IMG/VR virus record: IMGVR_UViG_3300045988_022668 | Span: 1-43,719 of that record | Length of the DNA: 43,719 nucleotides | Source of the DNA: a virus | Reading direction: 5' to 3' (one strand) | In this document: positions 31,778 through 39,352 of the stretch, one piece after another | Numbering within the stretch: the first letter of the stretch is position 1 | Layout of the letters: every line of letters begins with the position of its first letter | The notes under the pieces: generated by a model | Seen by the model: only the letters and a program-made list of their open reading frames with translations | Database searches by the model: none | What the model was told of the DNA's origin: nothing | Program-made: the position numbers and the translations under genes

Positions 31778-32086
31778 TTAGTCCAAGAGCCCTCTTTTTT
31801 TGGCAACAAGAAGGATAAACTCCGTATGCCACCGGCGGGCGGTACGCTCTGAGCAATGCACTTCCAGCGCAGCTCCCTCCAGGGTATGCGTCCGCTCCCA
31901 AAACACGATCCGCACAAGCCAGATACGCTCCTTGCCGCCATTCATGGCTTCCGTCTGCTCTACCGCATCCCGGACCGCCTGATACTCCGCGATCTGGGAG
32001 GCGGACGCCGGGGCAAACTTCCCTCCGTTATACTGCCGGATGATCGCTTTGACATATCCCCACCAAGGATATCTTGGCTTGCTCAT
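31778..32086 (-). CDS. RinA/ArpU-like late transcriptional activator (102 aa)
   Basis: Start at MSKPRYPWW after GAGGAGG. C-terminal WERTHTLEGAALEVHCSERTARRWHTEFILLVAKKRG resembles the sigma-region-4-like HTH of RinA-type regulators. Lies upstream of the packaging genes. Confidence 0.55.
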   Translation of the reverse strand: MSKPRYPWWGYVKAIIRQYNGGKFAPASASQIAEYQAVRDAVEQTEAMNGGKERIWLVRIVFWERTHTLEGAALEVHCSERTARRWHTEFILLVAKKRGLLD

Positions 32087-32096
32087 GTACACCTCC

Positions 32097-32456
32097 TCAG
32101 TACGGCTTCTTCCGCTTATTGGGCGGCAGTTTGTTCTTTTTGCGCCACTTCCACACAACGCAACCGGAGCACTCAGCTTCCTCGCCAATTTCCCGATCAT
32201 TCATTCCTCGCTCGTACAGCTTCCGCACTAAATCAAAGTCGATCGGCGCCCGGACAACCTTCGGCGGCTTCTCAACCTTTTTCTTCTTCGGCTCGAAAAA
32301 CGGGCAATCGTCAGGGTCGGCTATCGTTTTGACCTCCACTCCATTTGGCAAAACTTTTTTCACGATTTTGCAATGGCCGGTGTTTTTGAGGTAATCACAG
32401 TACCCGGCGTAGCCGCTGAGGTTGCGATGGATACACCCCTTGCATTTAATCGCCAT
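32097..32456 (-). CDS. Cys-rich N-terminus plus C-terminal HTH protein (119 aa)
   Basis: Start at MAIKCKGC. CKGC...C...C cluster. C-terminal LVRKLYERGMNDREIGEEAECSGCVVWKWRKK is HTH-like. Confidence 0.5.
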   Translation of the reverse strand: MAIKCKGCIHRNLSGYAGYCDYLKNTGHCKIVKKVLPNGVEVKTIADPDDCPFFEPKKKKVEKPPKVVRAPIDFDLVRKLYERGMNDREIGEEAECSGCVVWKWRKKNKLPPNKRKKPY

Positions 32457-33039
32457 AGTACGCCTCCATGTACGCCAGGACATTGGAGGCATAGGTGCTC
32501 TTACCTGGCTTTCCGCTATTGTAAGCCGTCAGCGCCTCTTCCAGCGAATATTTCCCCAGCAGCTCCGCCAGATAATCGCAGCCCACCCGGAAATTACTGT
32601 AGGGGTCCGTGAGATCCGTCACCCCCAAGCGGGCCATTCGGTCCTCGTGCCAGCGCCGCTGCACCTGCATATAGCCCACGCTGCGTCCATCATCACCCAC
32701 GACGTTGCGGAACTCTGTTTCCTGCCGAATCACGGCCAGGGCCAACTCATAGGGGATGCCGGTCTCCTCACAGGCCGCCCGGAGAAAAGCCTGGGTATCG
32801 CTGTCGAGGGGTACGTCCTCCCGGAAGTAGCCGGAGGCGTAAAGCGCCGCCTCGATGTACTCGTTCTCAAAGCCCTCTTCCGGCTCCTCGATCACACACT
32901 CCGTGCGTTCCGCCGCATCTTCCGTGCGATTTTCCGTGCGTTCTGTGTCTTCGGCGGCTCTAGCGGGCCAGAAAAGCAGCAAGCCTACCACAAATACCAT
33001 CCATACGATGTACGCTATTTTCCAAACATTTCGCTTCAC
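32446..33039 (-). CDS. Lytic transglycosylase (SLT domain) with N-terminal signal anchor (197 aa, GTG start)
   Basis: AVIRQETEF (catalytic Glu), GYMQV and AYNSG motifs. N-terminal IAYIVWMVFVVGLLLFW. AGGAGG SD. Confidence 0.75.
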   Translation of the reverse strand: MKRNVWKIAYIVWMVFVVGLLLFWPARAAEDTERTENRTEDAAERTECVIEEPEEGFENEYIEAALYASGYFREDVPLDSDTQAFLRAACEETGIPYELALAVIRQETEFRNVVGDDGRSVGYMQVQRRWHEDRMARLGVTDLTDPYSNFRVGCDYLAELLGKYSLEEALTAYNSGKPGKSTYASNVLAYMEAYYGD

Positions 33040-33048
33040 GTTTTCCTC

Positions 33049-33507
33049 CTAAACCTCCTTGATCGTGATCCCGTGCACCATCAGCATCAACTTCCGCTTG
33101 ATGATAAACAGCCGATAAGCGGCGCTCTTGGAGTCGTCATAGCCTTTTACGTCCTCCACCACCACTTTGCAACCGTCCCGGTAAACAAAATCGGCAACAT
33201 ATGTACAGGGATTCTCCCATTTCCCGTCGCCTCTTTCCTGCCGGGGGATCAGCTCAAACGGCACCTGGCAGCGCAGGCCTGTAATCCGGCCCGCCCTTTG
33301 CAGCAAATCCAGCTCCCGGAACCTTTCCGCCTCCTTCTCGCTGGCGAAATGCCTTGCCGTACCGTCCGGCATCCACGCATCCGTCGGTTTGGCGTGGTAC
33401 TTACTCGGTTTTTTCTCCCTAGGCCGCTGCTGCGCTCCCAGCTTTTGCAGCACTTGCTTCTGCGCCTTCGGGCCCATCTGGGCCAGGTCTGCCGATGTCA
33501 GCGCCAT
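33049..33507 (-). CDS. DUF1064-like protein (putative nuclease/resolvase-type), 152 aa
   Basis: Start at MALTSADL. SKYHAKPT...FASEKEAERFRELDLL...YVADFVY...EDVKGY...KRKL matches the remembered DUF1064 pattern. Confidence 0.55.
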   Translation of the reverse strand: MALTSADLAQMGPKAQKQVLQKLGAQQRPREKKPSKYHAKPTDAWMPDGTARHFASEKEAERFRELDLLQRAGRITGLRCQVPFELIPRQERGDGKWENPCTYVADFVYRDGCKVVVEDVKGYDDSKSAAYRLFIIKRKLMLMVHGITIKEV

Positions 33508-33508
33508 C

Positions 33509-33712
33509 TTATCGCCACCTCTTCCGATTCGCCCGCCTCTCCGTGCGCCGCTTGGAATCCCGGGAATAGCAGTACATGGCATCGTTTTTCTTCCGAATAT
33601 CCCGGATAACGTCTTTCCCCGCCTCGTGCTCCGCCCGCTGCTGTAAATATGCCTCGCATTTACTGCGGCAATTGACATAGCGTTTCTCGCAATCCGCACA
33701 GCAGGTAATCAT
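33509..33712 (-). CDS. Small Cys-rich basic protein (67 aa)
   Basis: CCADCEKRYVNCRSKCE cluster. Coupled to both neighbours. Confidence 0.5.
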   Translation of the reverse strand: MITCCADCEKRYVNCRSKCEAYLQQRAEHEAGKDVIRDIRKKNDAMYCYSRDSKRRTERRANRKRWR

Positions 33713-33978
33713 GTTTCGCCGTCCTTCCTCCGCCCGTAGGAGCAGAAATCCCGCTCCCTGACCTTATGCATGGCCCAACGGCGTTGGCAGTAGTAGGCCT
33801 TGCTCCGCTCGGACCACTTGGCATAGGCACACTGCATGCAACGGCACACCCGTGTTACACCCTCAGCAATTGGCAGGCTTAAAAGCTCCTCGACATCCAC
33901 GGCCTTGATGTATCCGCATTTCACACCAGCGTCCCATGCTCTTTGGAGCAATACGCCCCGATCAATGTAATCAGCCAT
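33709..33978 (-). CDS. Hypothetical Cys-containing protein (89 aa)
   Basis: Start at MADYIDRG, overlapping the upstream stop by 8 nt. CRCMQCAYAKW...YYCQRRW. Confidence 0.5.
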   Translation of the reverse strand: MADYIDRGVLLQRAWDAGVKCGYIKAVDVEELLSLPIAEGVTRVCRCMQCAYAKWSERSKAYYCQRRWAMHKVRERDFCSYGRRKDGET

Positions 33979-34279
33979 CCGATGCCTCCAGCTCCCCGCC
34001 GCAGGCGGCATACCCGGCCAAGTCAATCCAGTTGTCCGCCTTGCCGTGGCCCGTGGAGATGCGAGCGATTTTGAAGAGGCACATCATGGCCGCCACATCC
34101 TCCGGGAGGACCTGGACCTCCGGCGGCCCGCCGCACATCGGCTCCAAGCACTTCTCCTGTAGGCAGGTCCCCCAAAACTGCCCAATGACCCCAAAGGACC
34201 GTTCCGGGCTGCCATAGTCCTGTTCCCGATCGCCGCATACGCATTTCTGTGCGGCTGCCAAAATTTCTTCTCTGGTCAT
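33971..34279 (-). CDS. DUF6378-like phage protein (102 aa)
   Basis: AAQKCVCGDREQDYGSPERSF...DVAAMMCLFKIARISTG...WIDLAGYAACGGE matches the remembered DUF6378 pattern. GAGGA SD. Confidence 0.55.
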   Translation of the reverse strand: MTREEILAAAQKCVCGDREQDYGSPERSFGVIGQFWGTCLQEKCLEPMCGGPPEVQVLPEDVAAMMCLFKIARISTGHGKADNWIDLAGYAACGGELEASDG

Positions 34280-34288
34280 TGTGTCCTC

Positions 34289-34429
34289 CTAACTTGTCTT
34301 CCCGTCCGCAACCACCTGCACCACACGGACATTCCCAAGCGGTTCCAGCATCATAGCTACGGATTCCTTTGCCGCCATGTAATCGTCTACCCCGTAGACG
34401 TCTACCACCACACGCACATGGTCAACCAC
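34289..34429 (-). CDS. Possible small ORF (46 aa, GTG start), below the ORF-track cutoff
   Basis: GGAGGTGG before the GTG, which overlaps the DnaC-like stop. Its own stop overlaps the SD of the next gene. Confidence 0.35.
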   Translation of the reverse strand: MVDHVRVVVDVYGVDDYMAAKESVAMMLEPLGNVRVVQVVADGKTS

Positions 34430-35144
34430 CAGCCACCTCCCGCAGCCGCCAGTTCTGCTTGCTGCGCAGGTTCAGGGTGTACTCTCTGGCCCGCTCGGCG
34501 ATCCGGCTTCCGATGGCCTCATCCCACGATAGGATCTTATCGATGGGCCACTCCGTGGAGATAATCGTGATAGCGTCCGGATTTGCGTACCTGGCGTTTA
34601 GCAGATCAAAAGCGATGTTTTTGTCCGCCTCCGTAACCGAGCCCTTGAGGAAATCGTCTATGTACAGGGCTCGTACCGTTTTCAGCGGCCAGATGGCCTC
34701 GTGGTACGCCTCTGCGTCGTTGACTTTGGCCTTGATGGCTGGAATATCGCCACGCCACTGGACGTACCGGCAAGGGACGCCGCCCGCCATCAGCTGCCCG
34801 CAGATCGCCGTACAAAGATGGGTCTTCCCGGTGCCGGAAGATCCGCCGATGAAAAACCACTTCCCACGGCAATCCGTCAGATACTCTTCCGCCGCCTGTT
34901 TTGCGGCCCGCTGCCATGCCTCCGGCGTCTGGAACGACGCAAAATTGCATCGCTCCAGAAGCCCCGCCAATCCGGAGCGCTGGATGCGCCTCCGATTCTG
35001 CCGGACGATCTCGCACCGGCACGTCCGGCTTACCAGCTCTCCCGTTTCGGTCCGGGAAACGGTATAACCCAGCCCATCACAGAGCGGGCAAGGCTCAGAG
35101 GTCTCGTCCCACGTTGCGGTATTCAGGCTTCCCTTGCTGTCCAC
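34422..35144 (-). CDS. DnaC/IstB-like AAA+ helicase-loader protein (240 aa, GTG start)
   Basis: Walker A GGSSGTGKTHL and Walker B LYIDDF. N-terminal CPLCDG...CRC zinc-like motif. GGAAGGAGGAAA SD before the GTG at 35144. Confidence 0.8.
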   Translation of the reverse strand: MDSKGSLNTATWDETSEPCPLCDGLGYTVSRTETGELVSRTCRCEIVRQNRRRIQRSGLAGLLERCNFASFQTPEAWQRAAKQAAEEYLTDCRGKWFFIGGSSGTGKTHLCTAICGQLMAGGVPCRYVQWRGDIPAIKAKVNDAEAYHEAIWPLKTVRALYIDDFLKGSVTEADKNIAFDLLNARYANPDAITIISTEWPIDKILSWDEAIGSRIAERAREYTLNLRSKQNWRLREVAGG

Positions 35145-35856
35145 AGCTTTCCTCCTTCCCGTAAACTCCGCCACGGTCCTGCTCCTTCGAGAGCCACGTG
35201 ACGATAAACCGATTAATCCCGCTTTTCGTCTTTTTCTTGCGAGGATTGGCAATCAGCCACGCCCTCATTTGCCGAAGCTGCTGTATCACGTCGACAGCAG
35301 GGTACAGGCCCGCCCATTCATGGCACTGCTCCTGAGAGACCGGATATTCGGTCCCATCATTCAGCGGCAAAAAAATCACCGGCGGCATGGACGCCGCTTG
35401 CGGCTCCGTGCCTATAAACTTCGGATTCGGATTCGGATTGGATTCGGATTGGATTGGATTCAGGCCGCAGTCCGCCGCAGGTTGCGGCAAGTCGCCGCAG
35501 TCCGCCGCAGGTTGCGGCAAGTCGGCATTTTCAGGGCCAGGGTACTTAGGTTTGCAATCACGGATTCTCTGGTGCTTGGCCCAGCTCGGGAACGAATAGT
35601 AGGGCCTCCCGCCTACAGTGTAGAGGGTGACGCAGCTAACCGCCGCCAATGCGTGAAGCGCAGCACTGATATCCTTTGTTGTTGCCCTTTCCCGAAACGG
35701 GAAAACGTGCCCCTTGATGTAAGCAGGGCGGGCGTCTCCGCGCCCTGCGTCATCTGCTTGAGTAATTAAGCCGACCCATAGCCGAAACTCAAAATCCGAA
35801 AGAGCCGCCAATTTCTCCGAATCGCAAATGCTCTCTTTGATTATTCTGTTCGGCAC
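35095..35856 (-). CDS. Replisome organizer / replication initiation protein (253 aa) containing internal DNA repeats
   Basis: N-terminal IKESICDSEKLAALSDFEFRLWVGLITQADDAGR is typical of the phage replisome-organizer N-terminal domain. Followed by the DnaC-like gene. Confidence 0.65.
   Translation of the reverse strand: MPNRIIKESICDSEKLAALSDFEFRLWVGLITQADDAGRGDARPAYIKGHVFPFRERATTKDISAALHALAAVSCVTLYTVGGRPYYSFPSWAKHQRIRDCKPKYPGPENADLPQPAADCGDLPQPAADCGLNPIQSESNPNPNPKFIGTEPQAASMPPVIFLPLNDGTEYPVSQEQCHEWAGLYPAVDVIQQLRQMRAWLIANPRKKKTKSGINRFIVTWLSKEQDRGGVYGKEESCGQQGKPEYRNVGRDL
35422..35523. repeat. Repeat cluster inside the organizer gene: about 7 x (G)GATT(C/G) hexamers (35422-35461) plus a 2 x 30-bp perfect tandem repeat (35464-35493 / 35494-35523)
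   Basis: Read directly. Unit GCCGCAGTCCGCCGCAGGTTGCGGCAAGTC occurs twice. Each unit contains GCCGCAG twice and an imperfect palindrome GCCGCAGGTTGCGGC. Confidence 0.85.
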
Positions 35857-35868
35857 GACGGCACCGCC

Positions 35869-36288
35869 TTAAAACGGAAGGTCCCCGTTGTCCTCGGCCT
35901 CCGCAAAGCCGCCATACGTCCCTTCGGCGGCGTTCTCCGCCTGGGCGCTGTCGCTGCCCTCCAGCTTTTTGGAATCGCCAAAATACACGCTGTCTGCCAC
36001 GACCTCGGCGGTCCGGCGCTTATTGCCCTCCTTGTCGGTCCAGTCACGGAGCTGCAGCCGCCCGGTAACCACAGCCATGCGGCCTTTGGAGAAATACTTG
36101 CTGGCAAATTCCGCCGTAGTCCGCCAGGCGACGATATCGATAAAGTCCGTCTCTTTCTCGCCGTCCTGGGACTTGAAATCCCGATCAACGGCAATGGTAA
36201 ACGATGTCACTGCGGTACCGTTGCCGGTCCGCCGAAGCTCAGGGTCCCTGGTCAGGCGGCCCATAAGGAAAATTCTGTTAAGGCTCAT
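35869..36288 (-). CDS. ssb: Single-stranded DNA-binding protein (139 aa)
   Basis: OB-fold N-terminus MSLNRIFLMGRLTRDPELRRTGNGTAVTSFTIAV and acidic C-terminal tip DNGDLPF. Confidence 0.9.
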   Translation of the reverse strand: MSLNRIFLMGRLTRDPELRRTGNGTAVTSFTIAVDRDFKSQDGEKETDFIDIVAWRTTAEFASKYFSKGRMAVVTGRLQLRDWTDKEGNKRRTAEVVADSVYFGDSKKLEGSDSAQAENAAEGTYGGFAEAEDNGDLPF

Positions 36289-36599
36289 TAAATGTCCCCC
36301 TTCTTATAAATTACGCTTTCCCGGCTCCAGCCGGGATAAAATCCTTCCAGATAGTCGGTAATGCGCTTGTAGATTTCGTTCCGATGCGGGCCCTCGTCAA
36401 ACTCCCGATGGCAGATAGGGCAGAGCGTCACAATGTTCTGCTCTACCCCCCTTCCGCCCTGGGAGCGCCGGATAACGTGGGCTACTGGCGCTCCGGCGGA
36501 AGATCCGCAGAGAATGCACCTGTGGCCGTCTCTGGCCCATACGACGATTTTCACGGATGCCGGAATGGCGGTTGCCTTAGTCATCTTCCGCATTCCCAT
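36288..36599 (-). CDS. HNH endonuclease (about 100 aa; start ambiguous at 36599, 36593 or 36584)
   Basis: HRCILCG...HVIRRSQGG...NIVTLCPICH HNH/zinc motif. The best SD spacing is for the ATG at 36593. Confidence 0.8.
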   Translation of the reverse strand: MGMRKMTKATAIPASVKIVVWARDGHRCILCGSSAGAPVAHVIRRSQGGRGVEQNIVTLCPICHREFDEGPHRNEIYKRITDYLEGFYPGWSRESVIYKKGDI

Positions 36600-37111
36600 C
36601 CCTCCATCAGCGCCGCCAGCTTGCCCGGCGGCATCGTCTCAATGCCCTGGGATTTGCAGTCATAGACAATCATGTCAATTAACCGGGACATCTGCGCCGT
36701 ATCATAGGTGCTGGCCCCGTAGTACAGGATAACGTTGACGCAACCGGAAATTTTGCTGGTCTGGATATCCGTTTGCCATCCAAGCCCATTGTGCTCCCAG
36801 CCGGTCCGTAATTTTTTTACGGCAGCCTCCACCACGCAGACGGTTTCGCTGTTTCCGCCGATTTCCCGGATGTAGTGCCGGTAGATTTCGGTTTTTGGGA
36901 TGCCCGTCTTTTCGGCCAGCTTATCCATCAATACCCATGCGTATGCGTTGGCGTCTAGGCTCCGCCTCTCCCGGTGCTGTTTGATCTCCACGTCGTACAG
37001 TTTCCCGGGCGTAAGCTCGTCCAGTATCTTCCTAGCGCCTTTTGTCCGAATGCAAAGCCAATCGCCGGAGGCGTCCATGGACCATCGGAAATCCGATGCG
37101 TTAGCCTGCAT
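36581..37111 (-). CDS. NinB-like / recombination-associated protein (176 aa)
   Basis: RERRSLDANAYAWVLMDKLA resembles the NinB RSLDQN motif. Lies between the Erf and HNH genes. Tentative. Confidence 0.4.
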   Translation of the reverse strand: MQANASDFRWSMDASGDWLCIRTKGARKILDELTPGKLYDVEIKQHRERRSLDANAYAWVLMDKLAEKTGIPKTEIYRHYIREIGGNSETVCVVEAAVKKLRTGWEHNGLGWQTDIQTSKISGCVNVILYYGASTYDTAQMSRLIDMIVYDCKSQGIETMPPGKLAALMEGWECGR

Positions 37112-37712
37112 GAGCCCGTTCCTGCTGTTCCGCCTTCATACAGCCGCCGCAGAGCTCCGACCCGAATTTGAGTTTGCTATAAGTACACATGTCGGGTACG
37201 GTCCACAGGGTGCCGTCACGCTTTTCTACAGGCGTAATCTCCTTCCCGCATTTGGCGCATTTGGGAGGAATGGCCGCTTTCTTCTTGGCCGTGCTGGGCT
37301 CCGGCGTCTCTGCGTCGGGGTCCTTCATCTCCTCGGTGGGGATGCAAAAAACCTGGAAGAATGCGTACTTCATGGCGATAGACATTGCCTTGTTGCTTGC
37401 TTTGTCGCCGCTGTCCATGCCCTCTCCAATAACAACGGCGGAAACGGAGGTGCCGTCCTCGGCGTAGAAGCTGTACTTGATCCGCATCACGGAGTACATC
37501 AGCGTGCCGCCCTTGTTAGTCTGCCGCTCCTCCCGGCTCTGCTCCAGGACTTCCGGGACCACGAAAACCTTGTTTTTGGAGAGGATAGGTTGCAGAGCGT
37601 TCATTACATCATCAATGCCCCGATATTTAAAGCCATGCTGCTGGTTCTGCTTATCCTTTCCAATGGCCGGGATTTCCTGCATAATGGCGGCGATGCTCTC
37701 ATAGATGTTCAT
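37101..37712 (-). CDS. Erf-family single-strand annealing protein with C-terminal zinc ribbon (203 aa)
   Basis: MNIYESIAAIMQEIPAIGKDKQN...FKYRGIDDVMNALQPIL is a typical Erf N-terminus. C-terminal CAKCG...CGGC. ATG at 37712 overlaps the upstream TGA by 1 nt. Confidence 0.8.
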   Translation of the reverse strand: MNIYESIAAIMQEIPAIGKDKQNQQHGFKYRGIDDVMNALQPILSKNKVFVVPEVLEQSREERQTNKGGTLMYSVMRIKYSFYAEDGTSVSAVVIGEGMDSGDKASNKAMSIAMKYAFFQVFCIPTEEMKDPDAETPEPSTAKKKAAIPPKCAKCGKEITPVEKRDGTLWTVPDMCTYSKLKFGSELCGGCMKAEQQERAHAG

Positions 37713-38209
37713 CACTTCACCCCCAAGCTGAGGCCGGACACCAATTCCGCCCCGGGAACCGGCTCCGTCGCCATGATGCGCTTGAGCTCTGTCTTGGATA
37801 CCGTCGGGGCCTCATACTTCACGGCGTCCTCGTATCCATGGGTTTCCAGCCACTCCACCACCGTTCCCATATCCAGGATGTTCACGCTGGGAGGCGTCGC
37901 CCGGAAGGAAATCTTGCAGCGGGCGGATTCAAAATTCTCCCCGTGCAGAACGAAGGAGAGATAATCCTTCATTCGCTTCGCCTGGTTTTCCGCCACCTTC
38001 TGGCGGGCGGCGAAGACGTCCTTCTCCGCCTTGTAAGCGGCGGCGTCCGCCGTAAGGTTCTTGATGTAGCAAGCCAAATTCTCGATTTTCTTGGCCTTCT
38101 CCATTTCCAGCGCCTCGATTGCGCTGGTATCGGTGATTTCTCCCGTCTCCGGATCGATCAGCTTTTCGATCAAAGCGTCGATTGCCGGGTCAATTTCGTA
38201 AAGCTTCAT
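37712..38209 (-). CDS. Siphovirus Gp157-family protein (165 aa)
   Basis: MKLYEIDPAIDALIEKLIDPETGEI...KKIENLACYIKNLTADAAAYKAEKDVFAARQK matches the Gp157 pattern. AAGGAGGG SD. Confidence 0.7.
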   Translation of the reverse strand: MKLYEIDPAIDALIEKLIDPETGEITDTSAIEALEMEKAKKIENLACYIKNLTADAAAYKAEKDVFAARQKVAENQAKRMKDYLSFVLHGENFESARCKISFRATPPSVNILDMGTVVEWLETHGYEDAVKYEAPTVSKTELKRIMATEPVPGAELVSGLSLGVK

Positions 38210-38735
38210 TTGCCCTCCTTATAAACCAAATTCTTTACCTTGCAGTACTCCGCCTTTCCATTGCTCCGCAAGTCGATTCGATGCTATTCCGTCGCAACAC
38301 CTCTCCATGCTTTTCCATCACGTTGCGCTGCCAAACTGTTCCATTGCCTTCCGTTTCTTCCCGATGCCGACCTATTCCGTTGCTCTGCGTCTCTTGCCGG
38401 TTCTCTCCGTAGCTATTCCACCGCTCTGCATTTCTCTGCGTAACCTTGCGTTCCTATTCCGCCGCTGTTCTGTGTAATGCCACGCAGCGCCATTGCCAAT
38501 CATATCCAATCTCAACGCAGCTTTTCCGTTGCCGTGCTCCACGAAACCTCGCCTTGGCTAATCTTTCCCATGCCTTTCCCATGCGGCTCCCGGCGAAACG
38601 ACGCCCTTGCTGTTCCGTCCACAGCGAATGCGTTACCTAGCATCTCCATTGCCCATCATCGCTCGTCGATTCCATTGCAATGCCTCGCTAAACACTTCCC
38701 TTGCTACGCACGGCGGACAGGCGCCATCCCTTCGC
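38210..38735 (-). repeat. ORF-free, purine-skewed (minus-strand sense) array of about 16-18 degenerate GCAAYGGAA(UAG) motifs
   Basis: On the plus strand the motif (T/C)TTCC(A/G)YYGC recurs in one orientation at about 38255, 38286, 38312, 38338, 38374, 38415, 38456, 38523, 38563 and 38574 (perfect 11-bp tandem), 38612, 38643, 38669 and 38695. Counted pyrimidines: 44/60 in 38341-38400 and 45/60 in 38401-38460. Confidence 0.8.
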
Positions 38736-39326
38736 TTACAGCTCCTCCCAGCGGAATCTACCTTTCCCGCTGTTCCGCCACTGGCCGATGCCGGAAAAAC
38801 GGCCATAATCCAGCCACTCCCGGACGGCCTTCTCGTGATCGTCGCAGAGGCAGACAACGGTAAACTCGCACGTCGCCCCGGCGGGAATCTCCTCGCTCAT
38901 CGCAAGGCTGATGCGTTCACCCTGCGCCGTCTGCGCTCTCAGAGGGCGCTGACACTCACCGATTTTGCCATCAAACAGGAGAGGAATCGTTCTGGGCTCC
39001 GGGAAAATCAGCTTGTCGATTTCTTTCTTGTACGCCTTGATCTTCTCGCTTGCGGTCCCTTTCACCTTGCGAAGGCCGCCGCAGGTATCCTTGAAAAATC
39101 CCTTGATCTGGTAATCGTAGAGGAACGGCGTGCCATCATCCAGACGGGGGAATACCGTCATGCCCTTATCCGCCACAGCGTCAGCACCAAGAGCGGCGAC
39201 CTCATCCTCCACGCTCAAAGCGTCCGGGCTTTTACTGCCGATAAACTCCCGATAAACCTCAGGATTGGCCGGAGACGTCCCCAAGATGGGCTCCGTAAAT
39301 GTCAGATTGACCTTGATCTCCTTCAT
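38736..39326 (-). CDS. Hypothetical protein (196 aa) with RAMP-like sequence features
   Basis: AGGAGGA SD. MKEIKVNLTFTEPILGTS start, YQIKGFFKDTCGGLRK and C-terminal GIGQWRNSGKGRF Gly-rich loop (GhGxxxxxGxGxF pattern). Confidence 0.7.
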   Translation of the reverse strand: MKEIKVNLTFTEPILGTSPANPEVYREFIGSKSPDALSVEDEVAALGADAVADKGMTVFPRLDDGTPFLYDYQIKGFFKDTCGGLRKVKGTASEKIKAYKKEIDKLIFPEPRTIPLLFDGKIGECQRPLRAQTAQGERISLAMSEEIPAGATCEFTVVCLCDDHEKAVREWLDYGRFSGIGQWRNSGKGRFRWEEL

Positions 39327-39352
39327 GTTGTCCTCCTATTACTTCCCGTAAT

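Noticed and set aside
31263-31781. 172-aa plus-strand ORF and several 60-120-aa ORFs within the 1-kb gap
   Set aside because: They have no SD, several start on GTG or TTG, their products are Cys/Arg/Pro-rich and implausible, and they overlap one another in several frames. The region is better explained as structured RNA. A decayed gene cannot be fully excluded.
38210-38735. Possible CRISPR array
   Set aside because: The repeat core is only about 10-13 nt and degenerate. Spacing is irregular (about 10-40 nt). There is no palindromic 25-40-nt repeat and there are no cas genes.
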